A DNA stretch of 64,000 nucleotides from Candidatus Eiseniibacteriota bacterium. GTDB lineage: Bacteria; Eisenbacteria; RBG-16-71-46; CAVPCR01. A program made the translations under genes and the position numbers. The notes under the pieces were generated by a model that saw nothing but the letters and a program-made list of their open reading frames with translations, did no database searches and was not told the DNA's origin. The stretch lies in NCBI GenBank assembly GCA_963702435.1, contig CAVPCR010000002.1, positions 64,001 through 128,000 on the forward strand, in the 5' to 3' direction. Each line of letters starts with the position of its first letter. Position 1 is the stretch's first letter. This document shows, one piece after another, positions 20,163 through 34,578 of the stretch.

Positions 20163-22119
20163 ATGGGACAGACCGTCGTCGAGAAGATCGCGGAGGCGCA
20201 CATGGCGGAAGGGCCCTCGCGCCCGCTCCGCACCGGGGACTTCCTCTCCATCCGGCCCCGGCACGTCATGACCCACGACAACACGTCCGCGGTCATGAAG
20301 AAGTGGAAGACGATCGGGGCGAAGAAGGTGAAGGATCCACGGCAGCCGGTCTTCGCCCTCGATCACGACATCCAGAACCGGGAGCCGGATAACCTCGCCA
20401 AGTACGCGGCGATCGAGGCCTTCGCGAAGGAGCACGGGATCGACTTCTACGCCGCGGGGACCGGGATCGGGCACCAGATCGTGGTCGAGCGCGGGTACGC
20501 GCTCCCCGCGAGCTTCGTCGTCGCCTCCGATTCGCACTCGAACATGTACGGGGCGCTCGGCGCCGTGGGCACACCGGTGGTCCGCACCGACGCCGCTGCG
20601 ATCTGGGCTACCGGCGAGTTCTGGTGGATGATACCGCCCACGGTTCAAGTGATGCTGGAAGGACAGCTCGCCCCCGGCGTGACCGGCAAGGACGTGATCG
20701 TCACGCTCTGCGGGCTCTACAACCAGGAGGAGGTCTTGAACGCCGCGGTCGAGTTCGCCGGCCCCGGGGTGGCGGGCCTCTCCATGGACGCGCGGCTGAC
20801 GATCGCCAACATGACGACCGAGTGGGGGGCGCTCGTCGGCTGGTTCCCGGTCGACCGGGTCACGCTCGACTACCTCGCCGCGCAGCGCGCGAAGCTCGGC
20901 GCCGCCGGCGGCGACCGCATCCGCGCCGCCGATCTCGAGGCCTGGGCGACCAGACCGCCCGCCCCCGACCGCGACGCGATGCTACGCCGCTCGCATCACG
21001 CTCGACCTCTCGACGGTCGTGCCTTACGTGTCGGGCCCCGACACGGTGCAGGTGGCCGCCTCGCTCGCCGAGCTCGAGCCGAAGCGGATCGCGGTCCACA
21101 AGGCCTACCTCCTCTCCTGCGTCAACGCGCGGGTCGAGGATCTCGCCGCCGCCGCCCCCGTCGTGCGCGGGAAGAAGGTGGCGCCGGGGGTCAAGCTCTA
21201 CGTCGCAGCCGCGAGCAAGACGGTCGAGGACGAGGCCAAGCGCCGCGGCGACTGGCAGGCGCTCGTCGACGCGGGCGCCATCGAGCTCCCGGCCTCCTGC
21301 GGACCCTGCATCGGCCTCGGCGAGGGACTCCTCGAAGCGGGCGAGGTGGGGATCTCGGCCACCAACCGGAACTTCAAGGGCCGCATGGGCTCGCGTGACG
21401 CGAAGTGCTATCTCGCAAGCCCCGCGGTGGTCGCCGCCTCGGCGGTGGCCGGCGTGATCGCGGGGCCGGCGGCGCTCGCCGGTCTCCCGGCCCGCCCGCT
21501 CACCCGCCGGATCCAGATCCTCGCTCCGGCTGCCGGCGCGGCAGAGACGGTCGAGATCCTCCCCGGCTTTCCGGCGAGCGTCCGCGGCCGGCTCCTCTTC
21601 GCGCCCGCCGACAACCTGAACACCGACGGCATCTACGGCAAGGACTACACCTATCGCGAGGACATGACGCGCGAGATGATGGCCGAGGTCGTCATGCAGA
21701 ACTACGATCCGGAGTTCGCCAAGGCGACGCGCGCCGGCGACGTCCTCATCGGCGGGTTCAACTTCGGGACGGGCTCGTCGCGCGAGCAGGCGGTGACCGC
21801 GCTCCAGGCCAAGGGCATCCCGCTCGTCATCGCCGGCAGCTTCTCGCAGACCTATCTCCGGAACGCCTTCAACAACGGCTTCCTCTGCGTCGAGACCCCG
21901 GCCTTCGTCCGCTTCCTGAAGGAGCGGTTCGCGGCCGAGGTCAAGGCCAAGCGCCCGACCATCATCCCGGGCGACGAGATCGACATCGATTTTTCCCGCA
22001 GCACCATCCGCTACGGCGGCGCGAGCTTCAGCTTCCCTCCGCTCGGCAGCGTGCCGCAGTCCCTGGTGATCGCGGGTGGAGTGGAGAACCTGGTCAGCCG
22101 CAAGCTCGGCCTGGCCTGA
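20163..22119 (+). CDS. Aconitase-family hydratase, fused large and small domains (homoaconitase-like); one frameshift near 20980
   Basis: [20 protein letters not shown] in the first frame; [38 protein letters not shown] in the second frame. Confidence 0.88.
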
Positions 22120-22225
22120 GAACGGGGGGGGGACATGGCGCGCTCCACGGTCCGGCCTCGACGGCCGCGATGACCGACGCCATCCTCGCTCGACTGGAGA
22201 GGGTAGACCAGCTCAGGGGGTAACC

Positions 22226-23476
22226 GTGACGACGACCAAGCAACCGGCCGGGACCGGGCCTCCGCGCGGCACCGCCGGCCGCCAGGGCGACCAGGTGCGC
22301 TCGGATCTCTGGGTGGCGATCGAGCCGCGCACGGCGGGCGGGATCGCGCTCGAGCTCGAGTCGAAGGTCGCCCCCTACTACGGCGAGGCGCTCGGCGCGC
22401 AGATCGAGGCGCTCCTCGGGCGCCTCGGTGTGACCGACGCCCGCGTCGAGGTCAAGGACTACGGTGCGCTCCCCTTCGTGATCTCGGCGCGGATCGAGGC
22501 GGCGGCGCGCCGTGCCGGGATGCACGGCGGCGACGCGCGGCCGGAGCGCACGGTCGCGCTCGCTCCCGAATCGCCGCGCGACCGGCTCCGCCGCTCGCGC
22601 CTCTACGTGCCCGGCGTCGAGCCCAAGTTCATGGTCAACGCCGGCCTCTACGGCGCCGACGGCGTCATCTTCGATCTCGAGGACTCGGTGCACCCGGACG
22701 AGAAGGATGGCGCGCGGCTCATCGTGCGGAACGCGCTCCGCACCCTCGATCTGGGGAACGCCGAGCGCATGGTGCGGGTGAACCAGCTCCCGCTCGGGCT
22801 CGCCGATCTCGACGAGATCATCCCCGAGAACCCGGACGTGATCTTGATCCCGAAGGTCGAGACCGCGGAGCAGGTCGTGGCCGTCGACAAGCGGATCACC
22901 GCTATCCAGGCCCGCCACGCCTCGACGCGTCGGGTCTGGCTCATGCCCATCCTCGAGTCGGCGCTCGGCATCGAGAACGCGTTGGCGATCGCGGGCGCCA
23001 CTCCCGCCATCTGCGCCCTCACGATCGGGCTCGAGGATTACACGGCCGATCTCGGCGTCGTGAAGACGGCCGGCGGCGAGGAGAGCCTCTACGCGCGGCT
23101 CCGCGTCGTCAACGCGGCGCGCGCGGCCGGCATCCAGCCGATCGACTCGGTCTACGGCGACGTGGCGGACACACCCGGGCTCACCGCCTGGGCGCGCCGC
23201 TCGCGCGGGCTCGGCTTCGTCGGCATGGGCTGCGTGCATCCACGGCAGGTGCCCGTCGTGCACGAGGCTTTCGCGCCGAGCGCTCCCGAGATCGAGAAGG
23301 CGCGCGCGATCGTCGCCGCCTTCGAGGAGGCGGCCCGGAAGGGCCTCGCCGTGGTGAGCCTCGGCTCGAAGATGATCGATCCGCCGGTCGTCCTCCGCGC
23401 GCGGAAGCTCGTCGCCGACGCCCGGGCCATGGGGCTCATCGCGGAGACGAAGGCGAAGACCGAGGAAGCGCGATGA
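22226..23476 (+). CDS. citE: Citrate lyase acyl-carrier (CitD) / beta subunit (CitE) fusion
   Basis: N-terminal AG...VRSDL...ESKV..YYG...DYGALPFVISARIE (CitD-like); RRSRLYVPG, FDLEDSV, ILES, GLEDY, HPRQV, MIDPP (CitE). Confidence 0.88.
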   Translation: MTTTKQPAGTGPPRGTAGRQGDQVRSDLWVAIEPRTAGGIALELESKVAPYYGEALGAQIEALLGRLGVTDARVEVKDYGALPFVISARIEAAARRAGMHGGDARPERTVALAPESPRDRLRRSRLYVPGVEPKFMVNAGLYGADGVIFDLEDSVHPDEKDGARLIVRNALRTLDLGNAERMVRVNQLPLGLADLDEIIPENPDVILIPKVETAEQVVAVDKRITAIQARHASTRRVWLMPILESALGIENALAIAGATPAICALTIGLEDYTADLGVVKTAGGEESLYARLRVVNAARAAGIQPIDSVYGDVADTPGLTAWARRSRGLGFVGMGCVHPRQVPVVHEAFAPSAPEIEKARAIVAAFEEAARKGLAVVSLGSKMIDPPVVLRARKLVADARAMGLIAETKAKTEEAR

Positions 23477-25109
23477 CGGCGCCGGCCGGCCCCGGCGCGG
23501 CGGCCGCGGGCGGGGGGAAGGCCGAGCTCGTAAAGAACGCCGCCGGTCGGCTCGTGCCGGCGATCGTGAACGGGAAACAGCAGGCGCCCTTCGCCGGTGT
23601 CGACCGGCATCCCGTGAGCGGGCGGAAGGCGGCGCCCCCGATCGTGCGCGCGGCCGACTACCCGGCGAACGGCGACAAGCGGGTCAAGGACCTCCGCACC
23701 GCGCTCGATCAGTGCGGCCTCAAGAACGGCATGGTGATCTCGAGCCACCACCACCTCCGGAACGGCGATCGCATCGCGCTCGAGGCGCTCAAGACTGCCG
23801 CCGCCATGGGTGTCAAGGACCTCCTGTGGTTCCCCTCGGCGTCCTTTCCCTGCCACGAGCCCGTGATCGAGCTACATGGAGAAAGGCGTCGTGCATCACC
23901 TCGAGGGGAGCATGAACGGCCCGATCGGGGACTACTGCTCGCAGGGGAAGATGCGGGGGCTCGGCGTCCTCCGTTCGCACGGCGGGCGCTGGCAGGCGAT
24001 CCAGGACGGCGAGGTCGCACATCGACATCGCCGTCATCGCGGCGCCGACAGCGGACCCCTTCGGGAACGCGAACGGCGCCTTCGGCAAGTCGGCCTGCGG
24101 CTCGCTCGGCTTCGCGCTGGCCGATTCCATGTATGCCGACAAGGTGATCGTCGTCACCGACAATCTGGTCCCCTTCCCCTGCGTTCCGTGGCAGATCCAG
24201 GGGAACTCGGTCGACTACGTGGTCGAGGTCGAGTCGATCGGGGATCCGTCGAAGATCGTCTCCGGCACGACCGCAGCTCACCTCGAGCCCCGACCGGCTC
24301 CGGATCGCCGAGCTCGTCGCCAGCTTCATCCGCGACGCGGGCATCATGCGCAACGGCTTCTCGTTCCAGGCGGGCGCCGGCGGCATCGCGCTCGCCTTCA
24401 TCCCCTACCTCGCCCAGATGATGCGCGAGCGCGGGGTCAAGGCCGGCTTCGTGCGCGGCGGCGGCACCCGCGTCCTCGTCGAGATGCTCAAGGAAGGGCT
24501 CACCGACTGGATCCTCGACGGGCAGACCTTCGACTTGGACGCGGTGCGCTCGATCGGGACCGATCCGCGGCACGTCGTCACCTCCCCCTTCACCTCCTAC
24601 AACGACCACGGGAAGGGCGCCTTCCACACCATGGTGGACGTCGCGGTCCTCGGCGCGACCGAGGTGGACGTCCACTTCAACGCGAACGTGGTGAGCCATT
24701 CCGACGGGCGGCTCCTGCACGGGATCGGCGGCTGGCAGAACTGCCTCTTCGCCGGCTGCACCATCCTCGCGGTGCCGAGCTTCCGCGACCGCATCCCGGT
24801 CATCGTGGACGAGGTGACGACCCTCGTCGGCCCGGGCGAGCTCGATCGACGTCATCGTCACCGAGCGCGGCATCGCCATGAATCCGCGCCGCGAGGATCT
24901 CCTGACGGCGACCCGCGGCAAGGGCGCTCCCCATCCGCCCGCTCGCCGAGATCCAGGCCGAGGTCGAGCGGCTCTGCGGCGGCAAGCCGCGGCGGGCCCG
25001 CGTCACCGACCGGCCGGTCGCGGTCGTCAAGTGGGTGGACGGAACCGTGATCGACACCGGGTGGCAGGTCGCCGAGGTGATCAAGGGCTTCGCGCCCGGC
25101 GGGGAGTGA
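23473..25109 (+). CDS. citF: Citrate lyase alpha subunit (citrate:ACP transferase), several frameshifts
   Basis: SSHHHLRNGD, RSHGGR, CGSLGFA..D..YAD, FQAGAGG, LGATEVDVHFNANV, VTERGIA.NP spread over several frames. Confidence 0.88.
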
Positions 25110-25140
25110 GCGGCCCCGGGGCGGGACGCCGCGCCGCCGT

Positions 25141-26049
25141 TCAGCGCCCGCGCGCCCGCGGATGGGCGAGCGCGTACACCTCGCGGAGCCGCGCCGCGGT
25201 CACGTGCGTGTAGATCTGGGTCGAGGCGATCGAGGCGTGGCCGAGGAGCTCCTGCACCTCGCGGATCGGCGCCCCGCGATCGAGGAGATGCGTGGCGAAG
25301 CTGTGGCGGAGCACGTGCGGGCTCACCTTGAGCCCGCGCGCCGCGGCGAGGAGCCGCGCCTTGACGAGCCGCTGCACCGTGCGCCGGGAGAGACGCCGGC
25401 CGCGCGCGCCGCGGAAGAACGCGGCCTCGCCGCGCGGGCGCGCCGCGCGATAGGCGGCGAGCGCCGTGGCCGCGCTCGATCCGAGGACGGCGAGCCGCTC
25501 CTTCCCCCCCTTCCCCATCACGCGCACGAGTCCGCCCGCGAAGTCCACGTCCTCGTCGTCGAGCGCGACGAGCTCGGCGAGCCGGATCCCGGTCGAGTAG
25601 AGGAGCTCGAGCACCGCGCGATCGCGGAGATCTTCCGGCGCCCGGTCGCCGATCGTGTCGAGCGCCCGGCCCAGATCCACCGCCGGGAGCACCCGCGGCA
25701 GCGTCTTCGGGAGGCGCGGCGAGCGGATCGCAGCGGTCGGATCCCCGGTGAGCCAGCCGTGCCGGCGGAGGAAGGTGGCGAAGCCGCGCACGGCCGCGAG
25801 CCGGCGGGCGATCGTGCGCGCGGCGAGCCCCTCGCTCGTGCCGGCGCGGAGGAAGGCGGCCACGGCCTCGCGATCGAGGGCGGAGAGCTCCGGCGCCCGC
25901 TCGTGCTCACCCCCGAGGACGCGCGCGAACGCGGCGAGATCCCGCCGGTAAGCGGCGACCGAGTGGGGCGAGAGGCGCCGCTCGTGGGCGAGGTGATCGA
26001 GGTAGGCGGCGACCGCGGCCGGGAAGTCGCGCGGCGCCGGATCGCGCAT
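25141..26049 (-). CDS. xerC: Tyrosine recombinase XerC
   Basis: RDRAVLELLYSTGIRLAEL, GKGGKER, SPHVLRHSFATHLL, STQIYTHV, AHPRA; downstream of topA-trmFO. Confidence 0.85.
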   Translation of the reverse strand: MRDPAPRDFPAAVAAYLDHLAHERRLSPHSVAAYRRDLAAFARVLGGEHERAPELSALDREAVAAFLRAGTSEGLAARTIARRLAAVRGFATFLRRHGWLTGDPTAAIRSPRLPKTLPRVLPAVDLGRALDTIGDRAPEDLRDRAVLELLYSTGIRLAELVALDDEDVDFAGGLVRVMGKGGKERLAVLGSSAATALAAYRAARPRGEAAFFRGARGRRLSRRTVQRLVKARLLAAARGLKVSPHVLRHSFATHLLDRGAPIREVQELLGHASIASTQIYTHVTAARLREVYALAHPRARGR

Positions 26050-26249
26050 CACGCCTCCTCCTCCGGCAGGAGGAAGGCGAGGACGGCGTAGACGATGATG
26101 GCGAGCCCCGCCGTCGCCAGCAGGGCGAGGAGCCCGATCGCGCGCACGAGCCACGGCGATACACCCTTCGCCTTGGCAAAGCCCGCGCAAACGCCGGCCA
26201 CGAGGCGCCCGTCACGGGCCCGGATCCACTTCGCTCCATCCTCGTTCAA
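26049..26249 (-). CDS. PspC-domain small membrane protein
   Basis: R..DGRLVAGVCAGFA...LVR...IVYAVLAFLLPEE. Confidence 0.8.
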   Translation of the reverse strand: MNEDGAKWIRARDGRLVAGVCAGFAKAKGVSPWLVRAIGLLALLATAGLAIIVYAVLAFLLPEEEA

Positions 26250-26276
26250 TGCGGACTCCCGCCCCCGCGCTCGACG

Positions 26277-26759
26277 CTACCGGTAGGTCTGGAGCGACTC
26301 GCGCACGGTGATGTAGGGCTTCCGACCCGGCTTGGCCACGGCAAAGGCGTACTCGATCGACTGGAGATCCATCCCCTCGAAGAAGACCGCCACCCAGAGC
26401 TCCTCGCCTTCCCGCCGGTGCTTCTGCACATAGTCGGTGAGGAGCTTCTCGACCGCGGCCTGGTTCTCCACCCCGCGGACGACGAGCTTCACGCTCCGCT
26501 TGCCGCCGGCGAGCGTCTCCTCGTAGGTGCGAACGATCGCGAGCGCGGGGGCGACCTCGGGAGGAGGAGCCGGCGGCTCCGGAGCGGGCTCGACAACGGG
26601 CGGTGGCGGCGGCACGGACGGCGCCGGCGCCGTCGACACCATCTCGCGCTTGGCGCACCCGCTCATCATGACCAGAACCCACGCCAACGTGGGGACGAGA
26701 ACGACCGGCTTCGCGAATAATCGCGCCCCATGGAGGATTCTCGTGCCAGGGCGATCCAT
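26277..26759 (-). CDS. Hypothetical lipoprotein
   Basis: Hydrophobic stretch with MSGC lipobox, Pro-rich linker, then a small globular domain. Confidence 0.6.
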   Translation of the reverse strand: MDRPGTRILHGARLFAKPVVLVPTLAWVLVMMSGCAKREMVSTAPAPSVPPPPPVVEPAPEPPAPPPEVAPALAIVRTYEETLAGGKRSVKLVVRGVENQAAVEKLLTDYVQKHRREGEELWVAVFFEGMDLQSIEYAFAVAKPGRKPYITVRESLQTYR

Positions 26760-26835
26760 AGCGGCATTATAGCGCAGGCGGAGACGGCCGGGGACAGGAG
26801 CAGGCGAGTTGCGCGGACCGTGCGGGAAGCTGCCG

Positions 26836-28188
26836 TCAAGCGCGAGCCGGAACCGCACCGCCGCCGACCTGGAGATCGCCTGCCGCGACCTTGAACTCAT
26901 GGAGCGCGGCGAGGGCGCGGGCGGCGAAGGCCTCCTTCTTCGCGAGGCGGCTCTTCTGGCGAGCGAGGGGCGGCAGGAGCCCGAAGTTGAAGTTCATGGG
27001 TTGGAATGGACGTGCCGGCGCCGTCGCCAGGTGATGCGTGAGCGCGCCGATCGCCGTCTCCTCCGGGAAGACGAGGGTCGGTGCGCCGCGCGCCGCGCGC
27101 GCGAGGTTGACGCCGGCGACGAGGCCGGTCGCCATCGCCTCGCAGTAGCCCTCGGCTCCGGTGAGCTGGCCGGCCACGAACAGCGCCGGCGTCCCGGCTT
27201 CTGCCCCGCGGAGGCGGAGATCCGGATCGAGGAGGTCGGGCGCCGCGAGGAACGAGTTCCGGTGCATCGAGCCGAGACGCAGGAACTCGGCGCGTTCGAG
27301 CCCGGGGATCATCCGGAAGATGCGCTCCTGCTCCCCGTACTTGAGGCGGGTCTGGAAACCGACGAGCCCGTACATCGTGCGCGCGCGGTTCTCGGCCCGG
27401 AGCTGGACCACGGCGAACGGCCGGCGCCCCGTCCGCGGATCGCGGAGCCCCACCGGTTTCAGGGGCCCGAAGGCGAGCGTCCGCTCGCCGCGCGCCGCGA
27501 GCTCCTCGACCGGGAGGCAGCCCTCGAAGAGGAGCTCGCGGTCGAAGTCCTTGACCGGCGCCGTCTCTCCCGCGAGAAGCGCCGCCTGGAAGCGCGCGTA
27601 CTCCGCGGCGTCGAGGGGGCAGTTCACGTAGTCCTCGCCGTGCCCGTAACGCGAACCGGGGAAGACGCGCTCACGATCGATGGTCTCGGCATCGACGATC
27701 GGCGCGATGGCGTCGAAGAAGAAGAGGGAGCCGGCGCCGAGCCGCGCAGCGAGCGCCGCGGCCAGGGCATCCGAGGTGAGGGGACCGGTGGCGATGAGCG
27801 CGGGTTTATCCGCCGGGAGCGCGGTCTGCTCGGCGCGGTGGATCGTGATGCGCGGGTGCGCGGCGAGAGCCGCCTCGACCGCGGCCGAGAAGGCAGCGCG
27901 ATCGACGGCGAGGGCGCTTCCGGCCGGCACCCGTACCTCGCCCGCGATGCGGACGAGGAGGCCGCCGAGCGTGCGCAGCTCTTCCTTCAGGAGCCCGTGC
28001 GCGGTGGTCACCGCTTCCGACTTGAAGGAGTTCGAGCAGACGAGCTCGGCGAGGCCCGCCGTCGTGTGCGCCGGGGTCGCGCGCACGGGCCGCATCTCGA
28101 CGAGCGTGACGTGCACGCCGCGTTCAGCCGCCTGCCAGGTGGCCTCCGCCCCGGCGAGGCCGCCGCCGATGACCAGGACCTCGCCCAT
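26836..28188 (-). CDS. trmFO: Folate/FAD-dependent tRNA (uracil-54-C5)-methyltransferase
   Basis: VIGGGLAGAEA, AELVCSNS, ATGPLTS, FFDAIAP, FEGCLP, GFQTRL, MHRNSF, AGQLTG.EGY. Confidence 0.96.
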   Translation of the reverse strand: MGEVLVIGGGLAGAEATWQAAERGVHVTLVEMRPVRATPAHTTAGLAELVCSNSFKSEAVTTAHGLLKEELRTLGGLLVRIAGEVRVPAGSALAVDRAAFSAAVEAALAAHPRITIHRAEQTALPADKPALIATGPLTSDALAAALAARLGAGSLFFFDAIAPIVDAETIDRERVFPGSRYGHGEDYVNCPLDAAEYARFQAALLAGETAPVKDFDRELLFEGCLPVEELAARGERTLAFGPLKPVGLRDPRTGRRPFAVVQLRAENRARTMYGLVGFQTRLKYGEQERIFRMIPGLERAEFLRLGSMHRNSFLAAPDLLDPDLRLRGAEAGTPALFVAGQLTGAEGYCEAMATGLVAGVNLARAARGAPTLVFPEETAIGALTHHLATAPARPFQPMNFNFGLLPPLARQKSRLAKKEAFAARALAALHEFKVAAGDLQVGGGAVPARA

Positions 28189-28220
28189 GGCCGCGTTCGC
28201 CCGGTTCAGCGCGGTCCGGG

Positions 28221-30521
28221 CTAGCCGCCCGACTCCATCGCTTCCTTGAGCTCGGACTCCGCCGGCGACTCGGCCGCCGACTCGCCGGTCTCCGCCTCGA
28301 TCGCCGCCACCGCCTTGCAGCGCGAGCAGTAGTAGTGCGGACCCGTCGCCTTGGTCTCGCGGTACACCATGAACGGCGCGCCGCAGGCGATGCACGGGGT
28401 CGGTACCGGCTTCTGCCAGAGGGCGAACTTGCAGTCGGGATAGCGATCGCAGCCGTAGAACATCTTCCCGCGCCGCGAGCGCTTCTCGACGAGCTGGCCG
28501 GTGCAGCCCTCCTCGGGACAGGCGACCCCGACCTTGAACGAGGCGGTGGTCTTGCACTCGGGATAGGCCGAGCAGGCGAGGAAACGGCCGAACCGCCCGC
28601 TCCGGACCACCATCGGCGAGCCGCACTTCGCGCAGACCTCGCCGGTCTCGATCGCGGGCGCCTCGCCCTCGAGCGGCTTCGTGTTCCGGCACTCGGGATA
28701 ACCGGGGCAGGCGAGGAAGGGGCCGTTCCGCCCGTACTTCTTCACCATGTTGCGGCCGCAGGCCTCGCAGACCACCGCGGACTCCTGCTGCACGGACTGC
28801 TTGAGCTCGGCCGTCCTCTCCTCGGCCTTGACCAGATCGGCGGCGAAGGGCGTGTAAAAATCGCGGACCACCTTGACCCACTCGTCCTCCCCCGTCTCCA
28901 CCTTGTCGAGTTCCTCCTCCATGCGGGCGGTGAACTGGACCTCGAAGATGTCCGGGAAGTTCTTGAGCAGGAGATCGGTGACCGTCATCCCGAGATCGGT
29001 GGGCTTGAGCGCGCCCTTCTCCTTGATCACGTAGTCGCGATTCAGGATGGTCGAGACGATCGTCGCGTAGGTCGAAGGCCGGCCGATCCCCGCCGCCTCG
29101 AGCGCCTTGATGATGGTGGCCTCGGTGTAACGGGGCGGCGGCTGGGTGAAGTGCTGCCGGGGCGTGACGCGCTTCGTCTGGAGCGGATCGCCCTCGGCCA
29201 GCGCCGGGAGCCTGGTGCCCTCCCCCTCCTCGCCGGCCTCGCCGTTCTCGGCGAGGACGCCGTAGACGCGGAGGAAGCCGTCGAACTTGGGGAGCGTGCC
29301 CGTCGCGCGCAGCACCTTGTCGCCGATCTGGACGTCGACCGTCGTCACGTCGAACACCGCGGGCGCCATCTGGCAGGCGACGAAGCGATTCCAGATGAGC
29401 GTGTAGAGCTTGAGCTGCGGCTGCGAGAGCGCGCCGCGGAGCGACTCGGGCGTGCGCGTGACCGAGGTCGGGCGGATCGCCTCGTGCGCGTCCTGGGTCG
29501 TGGCGCTCTTCTTGGCGTAGACCGGGGGCTCGGCCGGGAGGTAGCGCTCGCCGTAGTGCGATCCGATGAAGCCGCGCACCTCGTCGATGGCCTCGCCGGC
29601 GATCCGCGTCGAGTCGGTGCGCATGTAGGTGATGAGACCGACGGTGCCCTCGCCCGGGACGTCCACCCCCTCGTACAGCTCCTGGGCGTGCATCATCGTC
29701 TTCTTCGAGGAGAAGCGGAGCCGCTGATAGGCCTCCTGCTGCAGGGTCGAGGTCTTGAACGGCGGCTTCGGCGAGCGGCGCTTCTCCTGCCGCGTCACCG
29801 ACTGGACGACCGGCCGGCCCTGCCGCAGCTCGTCGACGATGCGCTGGGCCTCGGCCTCGTTCCCGATCTCGGGAGTCTGGCCCGCGACCTTGAACAGCTT
29901 GGCCTCGAAGCGCTCATTGGCCGCGGTCTCGAAGAGCGCCATGATCGACCAGTACTCGACGGGCACGAAGGCCAGGACCTCGCGCTCCCGCTCGACCACC
30001 ATGCGCAGCGCCACCGACTGCACGCGCCCCGCCGAGAGCCCGTAGCGGACCGTGCGCCAGAGGAGCGGGCTCACCTGGTAGCCGACGAGCCGGTCCATCA
30101 CGCGCCGCGCCTGCTGCGCGTTGACCATGTTCATGTCGATCGAGCGGGGCTCCTCGAGCGCTCGCTGCACGGCCTTCTTCGTGATCTCGTAGAATGCGAG
30201 GCGCTTCATGTCCCGCGCGCCGCTCTTGAGCTGCATGGCGAGGTGCCAGGCGATCGCCTCCCCCTCGCGGTCGGGGTCGGGCGCGAGATAGACCTCCTTG
30301 GCCTTGCGCGCCGCCGACTTGAGCTCCTTGATGGTGGGCGCCTTGCCGCGGATCGTCACGTACTGCGGCTCGAAATCGCGATCGACGTCGACGCCGAGCT
30401 TCGACTTGGGCAGATCCATGATGTGCCCGCCGGACGCCAGGACCTGGAAGTTCCTCCCCAGGAACTTGGTCAAGGTCCTGGCCTTGGTCGGCGACTCGAC
30501 GATCACGAGCGACTTGGACAT
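28221..30521 (-). CDS. topA: DNA topoisomerase I
   Basis: IVESPTKA, DPDREGEAI, SAGRVQS, ITYMRTDS, GIGRPSTY, C-terminal Zn ribbons. Confidence 0.98.
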   Translation of the reverse strand: MSKSLVIVESPTKARTLTKFLGRNFQVLASGGHIMDLPKSKLGVDVDRDFEPQYVTIRGKAPTIKELKSAARKAKEVYLAPDPDREGEAIAWHLAMQLKSGARDMKRLAFYEITKKAVQRALEEPRSIDMNMVNAQQARRVMDRLVGYQVSPLLWRTVRYGLSAGRVQSVALRMVVEREREVLAFVPVEYWSIMALFETAANERFEAKLFKVAGQTPEIGNEAEAQRIVDELRQGRPVVQSVTRQEKRRSPKPPFKTSTLQQEAYQRLRFSSKKTMMHAQELYEGVDVPGEGTVGLITYMRTDSTRIAGEAIDEVRGFIGSHYGERYLPAEPPVYAKKSATTQDAHEAIRPTSVTRTPESLRGALSQPQLKLYTLIWNRFVACQMAPAVFDVTTVDVQIGDKVLRATGTLPKFDGFLRVYGVLAENGEAGEEGEGTRLPALAEGDPLQTKRVTPRQHFTQPPPRYTEATIIKALEAAGIGRPSTYATIVSTILNRDYVIKEKGALKPTDLGMTVTDLLLKNFPDIFEVQFTARMEEELDKVETGEDEWVKVVRDFYTPFAADLVKAEERTAELKQSVQQESAVVCEACGRNMVKKYGRNGPFLACPGYPECRNTKPLEGEAPAIETGEVCAKCGSPMVVRSGRFGRFLACSAYPECKTTASFKVGVACPEEGCTGQLVEKRSRRGKMFYGCDRYPDCKFALWQKPVPTPCIACGAPFMVYRETKATGPHYYCSRCKAVAAIEAETGESAAESPAESELKEAMESGG

Positions 30522-30596
30522 GCGAACATCCTCATGATGGGGACTGGCCCCGGACGGACTGGAGCGCTCGCACCGAGCACGGGTGCGCGCGCCGCG

Positions 30597-31073
30597 CTAG
30601 TGGGGCCGCGGCAGGTCGTCCTCGCCTGCCGGCAGCGATCCCTCTCCTTCCCCGTCCGGGGAATGGAAGAGGACCAGGTTCACGATCCGCTTCAGCGCGT
30701 CGAGATCGACGGGCTCCGACCTCGTACCGACGATCTGGTTCAGGATGAGCTCGAGCTGCAGATCGTCGAGCGCCCCCTGATCGCGGAGCTTCAAGAGATG
30801 CCCGTAGGCTTCCCGGGAGAGGAGCGCGCGCTCGGCGCGATCCAGGATCCGGTTGTTGACCTTGCGCCGGCTTCCCTTCTCGACATAGAGCCCGGTCGTG
30901 TAGGGCTCGATCAGGGCGAGCAGGAACTGCATGGCGGATCCGACCGCCGCCGGTTCGAACTCCCCGGAATCGAGCCAGTCGGCCAGGTCCTCGAGCGCAT
31001 GGGTGTCGCCCTTCATGTAGGCGCGCAGCTGCTGCACGATGACCATCAGCACTTCGTCGACCGGATCGTCCAT
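30597..31073 (-). CDS. DUF494/Smg-like protein
   Basis: RILDRAERALLSREAYGHLLKLRDQGAL...LELIL resembles Smg; position directly upstream of topA is typical. Confidence 0.65.
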   Translation of the reverse strand: MDDPVDEVLMVIVQQLRAYMKGDTHALEDLADWLDSGEFEPAAVGSAMQFLLALIEPYTTGLYVEKGSRRKVNNRILDRAERALLSREAYGHLLKLRDQGALDDLQLELILNQIVGTRSEPVDLDALKRIVNLVLFHSPDGEGEGSLPAGEDDLPRPH

Positions 31074-31222
31074 CCAGGCCCTCCTGGCGGGCCGCCGCCA
31101 CCGGGGCGCCTCCCACCACACCTCATCTTCTTGTCCTCTAGATCGGCCGGCCGGCCCGGGGGTGCGAGAGCATTTCACCCTGCCCCCGGTCTGCCAGCCG
31201 CATCTTACGCTATGAAAGAGAC

Positions 31223-34578
<3,356 letters not shown>

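Noticed and set aside
22150..22223. Small ORF MTDAILARLERVDQLRG upstream of citDE
   Set aside because: Very short, with no clear RBS or recognisable family.
2434..26049. Two tyrosine recombinases as prophage or island integrases
   Set aside because: Motifs, size and housekeeping context fit chromosomal XerD and XerC; no phage genes and no dif site were recognised.
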